Assembly: GCF_036321535.1 (NCBI RefSeq)
Contig: NC_087437.1
Location: 99,140,001 to 99,204,000 of the forward strand
Length of the DNA stretch: 64,000 nucleotides
Reading direction: 5' to 3'
Origin: Camelus dromedarius
Lineage: Eukaryota
Part shown: piece after piece, positions 26,343 through 39,330 of the stretch
Numbering within the stretch: the stretch's first letter is position 1
Layout: each line of letters begins with the position of its first letter
Made by a program: the position numbers and the translations under genes
Notes under the pieces: model-generated
The model's database searches: none
Told to the model about the DNA's origin: nothing
The model's input: the letters and a program-made list of their open reading frames with translations, nothing else

Positions 26343-26399
26343 GGGGAGGGCGGGGCGCAGAGGGGAGGGTTGGGGCGGGGCGGGGCGGGGCGGGGCGGA
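26343..26399 (+). promoter_or_regulatory. Tandem Sp/KLF GC boxes, (GGGGC)5; G-quadruplex potential
   Basis: ggggagggcggggc...ggggagggttggggcggggcggggcggggcggggcgga. Confidence 0.75.
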
Positions 26400-26481
26400 G
26401 TTATCGCAGGGCCGGCAGCTGTGCTGCTCCAAGTCCAGACTGCACTGCGGGCAGGCGCGGCGTCTCTGCACACGGCCGGCC

Positions 26482-26493
26482 GCCGCCATCTTG
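26482..26493 (-). promoter_or_regulatory. YY1 consensus site
   Basis: GCCGCCATCTTG, i.e. CAAGATGGCGGC on the minus strand, a perfect match to the canonical YY1 motif. Confidence 0.75.
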
Positions 26494-27649
26494 AATTGCA
26501 GCGTCACTGGCGGCTTCTACATACAGTCGGAGCTGAGGTGTCGCACCGCCGTTTGGCACTAGGAACTCTGGTCTGAGGGGCCCTTTGCGAGTCCTCTGAG
26601 CAAGTGAAACTAGACTAAGCACAAAGGAAAAGAAAACAAAACGGTTAGTCTTTATTACCCAGTCTGTTTTTTTTCCCCAGGTGTAATTGTTAATGGGCTT
26701 TGCTGTGAAAGTGTTGTTGTTTTTGTTTGTTGTTGTTTTTGTTTTTGTTTTTACTTTTGCATATATCTGGAGCATTCAGTTAGAGTGCGTCAGTGCTTTT
26801 GGTTACAGAGTGTTAAAAACAAAACAAGAGCTAAAGAGAGCCTTGAGCCTTGCTTCAATGAAGGTGAGATATTTTCAGAGTAGAAAATTCATACTGAAAA
26901 TAAAGTTTAGTCTATTCTGTATGCATAGGAAATAAGTTTTAGGGAAGCAATGATGTTAAAGTCAAATTGAGCATGTTTGAACTTCAATCTTTTAATAGAA
27001 CGGTGATATTTTGTACTACAGTGCTGGGTGAAGTATGAATTCATATTGTAGATGTATGCTAAAACTAAATACATACATTTTGTTGCCATTCCCTTAAGAT
27101 TAGACATGTGATTAAATTAAACAAAGTAAAAAAATTGTGACTTAGTACACAAAGTTATGTCTTTCTCTTTATTTTATTTAAGTATTGTGATTTAGAGTAT
27201 GCAGTTAAAATGATGTTCAATGGGAAAAAAAATGATGTTAAGTGAAAGGTATTTCCTGGTTTGTTTTTTTAAATTATTGTAATAAAATACAAAAATAAGG
27301 ATTTCAGGCAATATCTATTCTGAAAATTTTACGATTGCTTCTCACTTATCTAGGCAGATTTAGCTATGCATCTGTTCTTTTAAATGAGACTTCTAATTTC
27401 CTTACAGTCCAGGAGAGGATGTGATGACTTTTTTTGAATTTTCCCAAAAAAAACATTATAGGAAAGAAAAAAAAAAACTTCTGCTTCATTTCTTGAGCTT
27501 CAAGACTGGGGAATAATGAAAATCTAAAAAAAGCTCCACAGTGACCCACTAGAGAAATATTCCCCTCTAGTTTTTGCCCTTAGCTATATGTTTAAAAAGA
27601 TAAAGAAATATTCTTTCCCCCAACCTCTCAAACAGTATTTTATACTAGT

Positions 27650-27910
27650 CACCCTCACTTAATAAATATTTTTTGAAAGCCTAACTCTGTGAGTGTCAGA
27701 CACCATGGTATGTTAAAGCAAGGATATGAAAAGAAACAGATAAAAACATACCTTGCCCTTGATTAAATCTTGGTTTAATTTTGGTGAAAATATTAGGTAA
27801 ATGCTAATCTTGTAAGCAAGAATATAGTGCTGTAAGAGAAGAGAGGGCAATGAAGTAACTTGGCTTGAGTGATTCAGGAAAGGAGTCATTAAGCAGACTG
27901 AGCACATGCT
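27650..27910 (-). mobile_element. L2 3' fragment
   Basis: 'cacttaataaatatttttt...tgtgagtgtcagacacc...ccttgccctt' fits the antisense L2 tail pattern. Confidence 0.55.
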
Positions 27911-28029
27911 TGTGTTAGAGCCACTGAATTTCAGAATTGGAAGGAGACTTAGAGATTACCAATCTATAGATTAGGTATACATTTTAAAGTTAAAGATTAA
28001 AGTGTCCACTACAAAGTTGGAACTTTTCA

Positions 28030-31000
28030 TTGGTTTATTCAATAAATAAATATTGAGTTCTATCTATGTGCCCAGCATAGTTCTGGGATTAACACTGTTT
28101 AGAACAAACAGACAAACAAACGAACTAGAAAAAAATAAGACACAGAAACAACCAGAAACAAAAGCAAGCTGAACTCCCCTCCTCCCATGGACACACCAAA
28201 TGCACAGCTGCACATCGAGCAACTACCAGTGAAGGACATGCAGAAGCTAGCTGAGTGACTCTCCGTGTCAGGTGAATGAGAAAAGGCCTATGTCAAAATA
28301 GGTAGGAAAGGCTGGGACACTCTTAGCACAAACCTCACTCCTGACACAGTGCCTATAGGAGACTCACTTTAGTTTTAAAGTACACAAAGACTGAAAGTGA
28401 AGGGATGAAAAAGCTATTCTATGCAAATGGATAAAGAAAGCAGGAGTAACTACACTTATATCAGACAAAACAGGCTTCAAGTCCGAGACTGGAACAAGAG
28501 ACAAAGAAGGTCATTATATAATGATAAAGTGGTCAATTCATAAGCGGATATAACAGTAAACATTCATGCACCCAACTCAGGAGCACCTAAATATATAAAA
28601 TAAATGAAGACTTGAGGGAGAAATAGACAGTAATAGAATAATAATAGTAGGGGACTTCAAAATCCCACTTTCAACAATGGATAGATCGTCCAGACAGAAA
28701 ATCAACAAAGGAAACATTGGACCTAAACTACACATTAGGCCACATGAACTTAACAGATATTTATAGAACATTCCATCCAATAAGAGCAGAATACACATTC
28801 TTCTCAAGAGGACATGGAACGTCCTCCAGGATAGATCGTATGTCAGGCACAAAATAATTCTCCATAAATTTAAAGAAGATTGAAATCATATCAAGAATCT
28901 TTCTTGACCACAAAGGTATGAAATTATAAATCAATTACAAGAACAAAACTAGAAAGTTCACAGATATATGGAGGTTAAGCAACATGCTTCTGAACAATCA
29001 GTAGGTCAAAAAAGAAGTCAAAAAGAGAAACCAAAAAATGTCTTGAGACAAATGAAAATCAAACATAGCAAAACTTCTGGGGTGCTGCAAAAACATTTCT
29101 AAGGGAAATGTATGGTGTTAAGTGCCTTCATAAAGAAAAAAGAAAGATCTTAAATATACAACCTAAGTTTACACTGCAAGGAACTAGAAAAAGAACAAAC
29201 TAAGCCTACTAACTTCAGACAGAAGGAAATAAGATCAGAGTGAAAATAATAGAGACCAAGAAGATGACAGGAAAGGTCAATGAAACTATGAGCTAGATTT
29301 TTGAAAAGATAAACAAAAGAGACAAATCTTTTATGCGGAATCTTTAAAAAGTTGAACTCATAGACACAGACTAGAAAAGTGGTTGCCAGGGGCTCGGGGG
29401 TGGGGGAAATACAGGGAGGTGGGGAAAGGGTACAGACTTTCAGTTATGGGATGAATATGTTCTGAGGATCTAATGTACAACATGGTGACTATTGTTCATA
29501 ATACTGCACTTTGTGATTGAAATTTACCAAGAGATTAGGACTTAAATGCTTTCACCAAAAAAAAAAGTTAAATATGTGAGGTAATGGATGTATTAATTAA
29601 CTTGATGGGGAAATCGTTGCAAAATGTTTGCATATATCTAATCACCGTATTGTACACTTTAAATATCTTACAATTTGTTTATCAGTTATACCTCAAGAAA
29701 GCTGAAAAAAATAATTAGAACCTTAAGAAAAGCCAAAAACAAAACAAAACAAAAACAATTTCTGCCCTTCTGGAGGTTACATTCTAATGTGAGAATCACA
29801 GAGTTAAACCTACAGGACATCAGATGGTGATAACTAAATATCTGCAATGAATCAGCTACACACAAAAGGGGTATAGAGATTATGAGAGGTATTATAATTT
29901 AAAATATTTTGCCCAGGTGAGACTGTTGAGCATGACCTGAAGAAACTGGGAGAGAAGATATCTGGGTGTATTGGAGAGAGCGTTGCAAAAATATTTCTAG
30001 CAAATGGAAGAGACCAATATAAAGGCCATGATATGAGATCATGTCTATAGCTTCTAAGAACAGCATGGAGGTCAGGGTGGCTGGAGCAGCATGTGTGGTG
30101 GACAAGCATAGGAAATGAGTTTAGACAGAAAATAGGGAGTTAAATCACGTAGGATCTTGTGAACAATTGTAAATCCTTTGAATTCTACATTTAGTAAAAT
30201 GAAATACTAAGTTGCTCTGAGGGAAAGACAAAATATGACATATATTTTAAAATGCTTCCTATGGCTTCTGTGTGGATATGAACAGTAAGAGCAGAAAAGA
30301 GATTCATTTGAAAGTTGCTGCTGTGATGCAGGTGAGAGATGATGTAACTTGGACGAGGGAGGAAGCAGTCATGGTGGTATGATGTGGTTGAACTCTGGGC
30401 GTATTTGTAAAGGTAGAATCAACGGGGCTTGCTGAAAGAATGAATTTGGGGTATAAAAGAATGAGTAGTCCTACGTGATTCCCAGGTTTTTGGCCCTAAA
30501 AGCTGCAAAGATGGTGAAGGTGAGATGGGTAGGACTTTACAGAGCAAGTGTGGGATAATAATAAGAGTCTGTTCTCATACACATTACGTTTGAAATGGCT
30601 GATAGATACTCTGCTGAGTTGTCAAGGAAGCAGTTGGCTATGAGGACCCTGGGGAGGAGAGAAGAGAAGGAACAGCCATTGGGAAAGCTTTATCCTAGAA
30701 GTGAGTGAATGAAGTGTGTAATGGAGGGAGGCGTGATCAAACTGCTGCCAACTGCAGCCAAATGCTGCTGAAGCATTAAGCAGAATGAAGCCAGAGCACC
30801 AATCATTTGATTTAGGGTCATACAAATTATCAGTGGCTTTGAAGCAGTTTAAATGAAGTGGTCATAGTGGGGAAAGTTCAAATGGAGTAAGTTCCAGAGA
30901 AAATGAGAAGAGAAATTGGAAATAGCCAGTATGAATCCTTTCTTGAGGAGCTTTGCTATCAAGAAAAACAGAAAAATGAAGTGTTGGTGAGAAGTGGCTG

Positions 31001-31120
31001 TGTGATTAGGAGTGGTTCATATTTAAACATTTTTTTAAGATGGGATAAATGATGGTTTCTATGCTGTCCCAAATATTCAAAAGGAAAAATAACTGATGCA
31101 GGAATGAGGATAATTACTCT
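28030..31120 (-). mobile_element. L2 (L2a-like) element split by an L1 insertion (pieces ~28030-28120 and ~29755-31120)
   Basis: 'tttattcaataaataaatattgagttctatctatgtgcccagcatagttctggg...aacaaacagacaaa' resumes after the L1 as 'tttctgcccttctggaggttacattcta' and continues with 'caggtgagagatgat', 'aaggtagaatcaacggggcttgctga'. Confidence 0.85.
28135..29712 (+). mobile_element. Internally deleted LINE-1 (L1MA9/10-like): 5' UTR + ORF2 endonuclease region + 3' UTR
   Basis: 5' UTR-like 'ctcctcccatggacacaccaaa'. ORF2 EN motifs 'gagactcacttt' (ETHF), 'ataatagtaggggacttcaaaatcccactt' (IIVGDFKIPL) and 'tccaggatagatcgtatg' (SRIDRM, cf. SRIDH). 3' UTR 'gtggttgccagggg...ttatacctcaagaaagctgaaaaaaa'. Frameshifted and non-coding. 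Confidence 0.9.
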
Positions 31121-32679
31121 CAGTATGTCTCTGATATGGTCATAACTTTCTTTTAGTGGAATGTAAGAATGTAATTTTTAAGTCTCTTAACTAAATCAGT
31201 ATTTGCATCCTTTGAATTTTGAGTCTCTTAGCTGCTTTTTGATTAGTGGGAAAAACTAAAGAAGTGGTGCTCAGTCTTTTCTGCCCAATAGAATCATCAG
31301 TGGACATAAAAACAATCAATGCCCAAGTCCCACCTTCAGGCAGAAAAATGAGACTTTCCAATTTATCACTTAGTTTTCAGAAGTTCCCTAGAGGACTCAA
31401 ATTTAAAACTAGCCTTGAGAACTACAGAGGTAAAGTAACTAGAAAATAATTGATAACAAAAATAATAAAAGGCGTTAGGGCATGGACTTTTTAAACTAAG
31501 TCTCAGTCTAACAGCAGAAGAAGCAAGACCACTTCTCTGATATATCTGCAACAGCGTGTCCCGATTCATTCAATTTCAAAGATAATCTAATAATAAACAT
31601 TTGTTTTCATTATGGTATATTTTAAGATTATATTTGCTGAATCCTCACAGATCAGAAGAGGGAATATCTGAAAAAGTAACAGACAAGTTAAAAAGTCAGA
31701 GCTTCTGGATGGATTATTTTGCAGTAGGAAAATTAAATGGGAAGATCTTAGAGTGATTGGCAAAAAAAGAAAATAGATTCGTGTTATAAATGGGCTGTTC
31801 TCTGAAAAACATTTTTCTAACTCTAAACAATTATGAAGATATAGTGGTGCTCTGACTGGTTGAAGATTACCTATATGGTTTTGGGGGGATCTGACTGACA
31901 AAATGTTTCTACCTTATTTTGTCCTTCGTCCTTTTTACAGAGTGGAAAAACCTAGACTCAAACACAAAACTTGGTTTTCCAACTCTGAAGTTAATGCTTT
32001 TTGCACAGTTGTTGGCTAATCTTAGGAACTAAGCACCAGTTGAATGTAGAAATTTATAAATTATAAAGAAAGCCCTTGATAGAGTTATTTAATGAAATCG
32101 ATGTTATTCTTATTTCAAGATTTGTGAATAAAAAAGTTCTCCACGTTACATAAAAATTAATATGCCACAATTAAAAAAATTGTTAAGGGTTTTTGTCTAG
32201 TCTGTAGCTTGGACATAGTTCATGCATTTAATGAATGGTTAATCTGTGAAGTTGTTAGTTCTCATATATCTGAGAGGAAAATATTTAAGACTGAAGTGTT
32301 TAAACCCTAAAGATCAACCCTGAGAAGTTTCTGTAATTTTTTCTTTTTTTCTAATTGATGTACTTTTCTTCTCTTTGGCCATATCATTTTCAAAGTGTTA
32401 TGAATCCTTTTCTCTATAATGTTCATCCATTCTTTTCTTTCCTCTCTTTCTAACCCCTTTTCTTTTTGTCCTTTTGCTCTTTCTCCCTTTTCTGGGAAAG
32501 AATAATTTACTCTTATTTTTTTCTATTGTACATTGATTAGTGATAGAGTACTGAGTTGCAAAATCAATTAACCCAAGAGTCAAACAGCATTGTTAAAAAG
32601 GATATAGAAGAGAATATAAAATACCACAGTGTATAGTGTGTAGTAAGTGTAGGTATTTTTATGAAACTTTTTTCCATTT

Positions 32680-32749
32680 TGTATTTTTATATATATATAA
32701 ATTTTATATGTATATAAACTATATATTATATATATAAAGAGAGATATAC

Positions 32750-32782
<33 letters not shown>

Positions 32783-32787
32783 CACAC
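32680..32787. repeat. Compound (TA)n/(TG)n microsatellite
   Basis: tatatatata...gtgtgtgtgtgtgtgtgtatatatatatatatacacac. Confidence 0.9.
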
Positions 32788-35779
32788 TTTCCATGATATA
32801 AAATAAATTTTTTTACTGAAAGTCACAGTAAAAAGTTAAAAGCCACTGGAGTAATGAGTGTTAAGGACTTGATAAAATTGTGTGGAATGATTTTGAATAG
32901 CATATTTAAAAAACTCAACCAAGTATGGGCCATAAGCCAGAATTTATGACTATTTTCCTTATGGTGATTATTTGTTTTAAAATTTTTGTGGTAGTAGAAT
33001 TTGGCCTTGTTAACTTTTGCTATAATGTTCATTCATATTAAGTATATTCAGGTTGGAATGGGTTCAGTTCATAGAACAATCTGGCTCTCAGAAAAGAGGT
33101 GAAATGAGGAGAGATTTTTTTTATATTCATACCTAAAAGCCCAGGCAGTTTTCTCCTCTGGAAGGTGCCTTCCAACTCCTTATTCATATATTCTTACACA
33201 CAAGATTTATTTTAAAAGAGATTTTTCCTCATGAAAAATTTCCTTACCAATAATTCATGTACCAGTTTACTAAAAATAAATGTTTAACATGAAAATGATG
33301 GATACAGTTTTGTGTTAAAATGAGAGTGTTGCTCACTCTTATTTTGGTATTAAATGTTTCACTCTTTCCTTTTCTTTACTTTTCTTTTCCAGTAATTGCT
33401 ATGGGAAGAAACATGAGAAGTATTATTTAATTTCTTTTTTATATTTAAGAAACTCATTTCAGAGTTTTGTCTGATGTAAAGTAGATAAAAACTCTATATC
33501 CCAAATAATTACTTGATAATTTTTAAAGCTGGCTTAGATATTAATCACAAAATTACTGAGAACTTACTGTCTAGGGTAGCAGGATTAATTCCTAATGTAA
33601 ACTTTATAGTCTGGGATGAAATAAAGTTTATTTTGCAAAAAATAGGGAACAAAGTAACACAAGACAATTTGAGTATAGATATTTTACATGTGCATCCCTC
33701 ATTGGGCCTGGTCCACCAGTCCCAGTTGCCCCCAAACTTATATATTCCTTGAACATATACTGCAATAATGGTCCATTATCACATGGGTGTACTAAAAATT
33801 GATTTTGGGAAGGTGGACTTCCTTTACTCTTGAGACTCAATAAACATCAGGAACCACACAGAACACAGAACATGAAAGTGTGAAGGGCCTCAGAGATCCC
33901 ATTTTAGGGATTTGGACACTGTGATTTAAAACCCAGTGGTCCAGGGCCTCACCCATAGCCATGGATGCAGTGGAAGAAGAACCATCAATTCTGGGCCTTC
34001 TGGGCTGGTCCAGGGCTCCTTCAACACTTGTTTCAGGTGTCTTGAAATATACCCAAATAGGCTGTGATCCAGTACCCCCAAGATAAGGCTACCACCAGAT
34101 ATGAACGTCACAAATATGTCAACCATGTAGTCATGTATGCAATCACAAAATTTCCTACAAAAGTGTTATACTACATAATCTGCCTGTATGTTTCAATTAT
34201 GTACAATTAGGTGAATCTTATGTGCCAGGAAGGTGAACTATATTTTTACTCTGACTTGGTGAGCTTCCAGACACGTCACTACACATCTCTAAGGGTATGG
34301 ATATGTACTAGCCCTTGCTATCTTACCCTCCTTGTGTTAAGAGAAAACAAAGAAAAAGAAAATGAGTCATTTCACTTCATTGTAAGATGATACTTACTGG
34401 GTTGTTGTACTTAAAATAAAACCTCTATTTTAATGAGTCTTTAGTCGATATGACCTTGTATCATGTGATGCTCCTTAAATTTGTGCTGGATCATGTTATA
34501 CCAAATTAAATTTTAAACTGGTACAGTACACTTTTGAAACTATATTTCGTTCATATATCATCTCATACCTATTTTTAGTTGCTGTGTTCTTACTCTGTCT
34601 TAGTTTCAGAGAACCCAGATATATTTGTATGAGTCACTAAATCTCCAATTATCTGCACTTTGAGGAAACTCATCCATCACATGATGTGCCCTTTCGAAAT
34701 TGTATTGACTTACAACTGTGTTTATCAAGCTTTGTTTGTAAATCATCACTGATGTTTTTAATAAATTTTAATTATTTATGAACTGTTCTTAGTGGCCATC
34801 TTGGATCTCAAATAATACTGGGAGAACAAAGGAGTTATGATGTGATTGTCAGGGAGAAGAATTAAAACATGTTTTTCAAGGTTCTATCTTGCGTATAATC
34901 TTAAGACAAAATCGTAAGAGCCTGAGTCTTTTCAAAATGTTTCTGAAGTTAAGTACTCACCTTGTGTGCTATACTTTTATACTTTTCTTCCAACCGTGGC
35001 ATTCATAGTACTTTACTGTACTGGGTTTTTATTTGTTATCTCTCGTAAGAGGCTTTACAGTCTATGTATGACCTCAGACCAGGTCCATCTTTTCACTGGT
35101 CTATCATTTGCACCTAATATAGCACTAAGACTTTATAGGTATAAAACAAAATTTTTTTAATTAATGAGGGGTACTCTGAGTAATGGTAAGATTTCACCTA
35201 TTTGATTTGTATATTGATTAGGACATAATGTTATTTGAGTTGTGCCATATTTAGTAATTAAGAACATTGATACTTTGTTATATTTTTCAGTCTTGTATCT
35301 TGAGTTATTTAAAAGGCTCCGAAAATATCTAGAGTATCCAAAGAATAGAGCTAGCTCTGCTACAGAGAGCCTGACAATGTAAGAGCTTCTAAGACCCCTT
35401 ATGATACTAAGTGGGACATGCATTTCTGAATATATGCAAAATCTTTTCCATATGTTCTGTTTAAATTTATTTGTCTAAAAATAAAAATACAATTCACTAC
35501 TACTTAATGTTAAGATTTATAAGAGAACATGGATACAATTTGCATATAAGTACAATACATTGAATAACCAATCTTTTTGACAAATACAAGTATATGATTT
35601 TAATCAATTTTGAATATCACTGTACAGGACCACCATTGATACGTATCCAGAATACCAAGATGACATGAAATACTAAATGGTGATGCATTAATATGTTTTC
35701 TCTTCATTGACAGACATGAAGATGATGTAAATCATATATACTAAATCTGCATGTATTTTTAGCTAACTTCTAGAGATCA

Positions 35780-36560
35780 CACTGTAAGAAAATTCTGGAA
35801 ACTATAAGAAATGACAGATACACAGAGAAACCGAATAGAACTGAGAAACCTACAACACAGGTGAAGTAGAAAGCCAATGACAAATTGAGATCTCTCAGCA
35901 AAACTCTGCATTGATAAGAGCTTGACTAAACTCTGAGTATGTTTGTGGGATAATTTATTGGAAAATTACTCAGTGGAGCCAGAGGCCAACTAAAATATGA
36001 AGATGAGAGGTATCAACAGCAGTGGAAGCTGGAAGTCAGGAGAATATTATCCTCAAATAATGAGGAAAAATAGTAATTGATCTAGAATTGTACACCACTG
36101 AACCTTTAAAGGACGAGTACAAACTCATGATTTTTGTAGACAAAAATGGAGAATATTTCATATCAGTAGACCTGCTCTAAAGATGAACTGAATTCAAAGG
36201 AAGGTCTGGGATGCAGGAAGGAATAGTGAGCAAATAAAATAGAAAGTATCTGTGTGACTGTAAATAAGCATTTTCCATGTGAAGTAATTACAACTTATTA
36301 CAACTTACTAGAATTAGAACTTATTTTCTACTTGACAGGGTAAAAAATCAAAAGAAATTAGTACGGAAGAATAAGAGACAATAAATTGGGGAATGACTGG
36401 CTAGCATTAAAGCATTCTGAGTTCCTTTACTCAGGAGCAGTATAAAAAGATTGATTAACCTGAGTATGAAAACATACATGTTAAATTTTCTAAGAAAACA
36501 GCTAGTAGAATAGAAACAGAACGTTTAAACATCAAAAGGTAGAGGGAAAGAAACTTGGAT
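35780..36560 (+). mobile_element. Ancient L1 ORF1/inter-ORF remnant (L1MC/ME-like)
   Basis: 'tcaacagcagtggaagctggaagtcaggagaatattatcctcaaa...tctagaattgtacacca...cagtagacctgctctaaa...aaggtctgggatgcaggaaggaat' corresponds to the ORF1 C-terminal region. Confidence 0.65.
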
Positions 36561-37284
36561 TTTAAGTGAAGTGATTTAACTATTTAATGTGTAAAATTTT
36601 ATCACTGACAGTAGAGGGCAGGGTATCCCTGATCCTGTGTGGATAATTTCTTGAAATTGCAAAGCATGTCTAATGCTATCCCTGAAGTCATATGTTTCAT
36701 GTGTTCAGCCACATATTAGAGATTTTATGCTGAAAAATTCTTAAGACACAATTTATTAAAATCAGAAATCTTGATATGACCTGTGTCATATTGAGTCAAT
36801 TTCTAGGTAAAGAAATATATTTATTATGTCTTTGGATTTAGGAAATGTTTAATTTTGCCAGTGCATTTTGAGAGTCATTCCTTTTTTCTTCAAAAATAAT
36901 TTTGAAGTTTCTTGGTTTAAAAAAGAGAAAAAAAGGTGACTATAGAATAAGATAGTGAGAGCCCACTTCCTAGGGTTATAGATAATCCCTAATGATGGCC
37001 AACATTGTTTCTGGATGTGATTCTCTGGTTTTATGTTTTCCTATTCTATAAATAACTTAAGATTTAGTTTGGGTTTTGAATCTCTTATAATATCCTTGCG
37101 GTTTAGTGCAGATAAAACTTGGTTTTATATCCTGTTGTAACTATGTTCACACATAGGAAGCTTTGGAATGCTTTTTTCTTTATGAATAAGTGAGATTTTA
37201 TGCTGCTGCCATCTCTATGTTAATTATTCTAGTTAAGTGTCAGCATACAGATTATAACTGGACTTTTGCATTCTCCTAATCAGT

Positions 37285-37656
37285 CACTTAGCATAGCCTA
37301 GGTAATCCTGTGATAGCAAGTGATATAAAATATGGAGGACTAACAGATATAAAATTTTATTGCTCATTCATTCTGCACAATCTCATGGGTTGGTCTCAGT
37401 GCTATTCTATGTTGTTTTCATCTGGATCCCACGTTGATGGAGCAGCCTTTATCTGCAATATTCTGGTCGTACAGCACAGGAGAAAAAAGAATCTGGCAAA
37501 CTACATAATGGCTTGTAAAATTTTAACTTGCAAGTGATATAGATCACTTCTGCTGACTTTTCATGTGTCATATGACAAGGCTGAGTAGAGTAGGGGAGTA
37601 TAATCCTTCCCAAGAGATGGTTTGCAAATATTTGTGAAAATAACATAATCATTACA
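37285..37656 (-). mobile_element. MaLR LTR (MLT1I/J-like)
   Basis: 'gatggagcagcctttatctgcaatatt...aagtgatatagatcacttctgctgactttt...aatatttgtgaaaataacataatcattaca'. Confidence 0.7.
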
Positions 37657-38973
37657 GTGTCCTTATGATGTTTTTTAGAAATTTAGCCAACATTTTAGTC
37701 AATTCATTTGTGTAAACTACCTATTACAAATAACTTGTGTTCTATAAATATTATTTTTTTTATTTTTTAGTCATTGATAATTATAAATAAAATGTTTAGG
37801 AGTCTAATAGATTGAATATTTAAAAATGTTGGTGATTACTAATGGTAAAGAAAAATTTAAAAGGTCCTAAAAATAAAATGATAATAGAATTATGAGTTTG
37901 CTTTGCTTCTACACAGTGATGGGCTGGCAAAAATTCTGAACTCAGGGTCTCTTCTTTCCTGTTTCTGGTGAAAGGGGTTATAGATCTGTGAATGAAAGGA
38001 AGAAACAATATTTTTCTTTGTAAAAATAGATTGTAAGTCTTAGAAGACTGCCTTCATGAATATAGTATTTTCAGTTTACAAGATAACTTTATGAATTTTT
38101 TAATGTAACTTTCACAATAACCCTGGCATGGTAACAGATGAGATAATTACTGTTTTTCTGTAGAAGATTCAGATTTAGAAAATATTGGGTGAAGGTCTCA
38201 TGACTGGTTCATAGTAACGTTAAAACAAGTATGAATTTTCTCACTCTTCATTCTCCTGCCCAGAGAACTTGTAACTTCTCAATTATTTTGGGAATTCTAT
38301 GTAAAAATCTTGACTCATTCTGCATTCGTGGTTGTGGCTGTCAAATTCTGCTGAAGAGCTACTACTGAAAAATCAAATCACTGACTCAATCTGTTGATTA
38401 ATTTTCATTGCTACTTTATAAACACAAGAAAAACTAAACGTGGTTAAAATATCTTTCATCACAACTTTGAATTGTAAACAACTTAAAATGGGGATAGCTA
38501 TATTATCTAATGTTATTGTGCTTATAAGACAAATTCATTGATAATGATTTTGAAATTAAGAAAAAATGTAGAGATCATAGGACTTGTTAGACTAAGTATT
38601 TCTATATTAAAAAAGAGCCCAACCTCATCTCCTTCTTTTTTCTTTTCCATTTTAGAAGGTTGAGTACTGCCTAAATTTCAAATCTGCACATATATCCTGT
38701 CAGTGTTAAATCCACATTGTGTTAGGGGAGCTGCCTACCTTATGTTCTCCAGGCAGCCCAGTCTTTTTGATCACCTAATCAGTGACAATTCCTATTAACT
38801 GGTCAGTTTCTTTAGAACAGAACTGTATAGAGAGGCCAAAGAATATCTGAGAATGAATGAACCCACACTATGGGAAGAGAACCACATTTATTTCATTTTT
38901 TCCTATTGTGCAGTAGTTTCGTTATCAAAGGCATAGATTTGAGTTTGAATCTTGCTTTCCTGCTTTTCTAGAT

Positions 38974-39164
38974 CAGGGGTTGGCAAACCACAGCCAGTGG
39001 ACCCAACACCCATTTGTGTATCATTGCCACATTCACTCCTTGAAGTATTGTTTGTGCATGCTTTTTGCCACACAGCAGAGTTGAGTAGTTGTGACCGAAA
39101 CCTTATGACTGGCAAGTACGATATTTACTCTCTGGCCCTTTAATAAAAAGTTTGCTGACCTCTC
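38974..39164 (+). mobile_element. MER58A hAT-Charlie MITE
   Basis: TIRs caggggttggcaaac ... gtttgctgacctctc and internal 'gcagagttgagtagttgtgac'. 8-bp TSD ttctagat/ttcaagaa (6/8). Confidence 0.9.
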
Positions 39165-39174
39165 TTCAAGAAGC

Positions 39175-39330
39175 ATAATCTTGGCCAAGTTACCTAAATT
39201 TCTGGGCCTCATTTTTTTAATTATAAAATGTGAATAACAGTCTCTGCCAAGTTGAGATTACTGAGGGCTAAATGAGTTACTCTGTATAAAAAGTTAGCAT
39301 AGCAATAGGATGGAGAGTAAGTGTATTATA
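39175..39330 (+). mobile_element. MIR SINE
   Basis: 'cttggccaagttacctaaatttctgggcctcattttttt...aaaatg...tgagggctaaatgagtta'. Confidence 0.7.

Larger units (their letters stand above)
26300..26600. promoter_or_regulatory. Small CpG-island-like promoter element
   Basis: About 24 CpGs counted in 26341-26590, in an otherwise CpG-depleted window. Multiple GC boxes and a YY1 motif. Confidence 0.8.
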
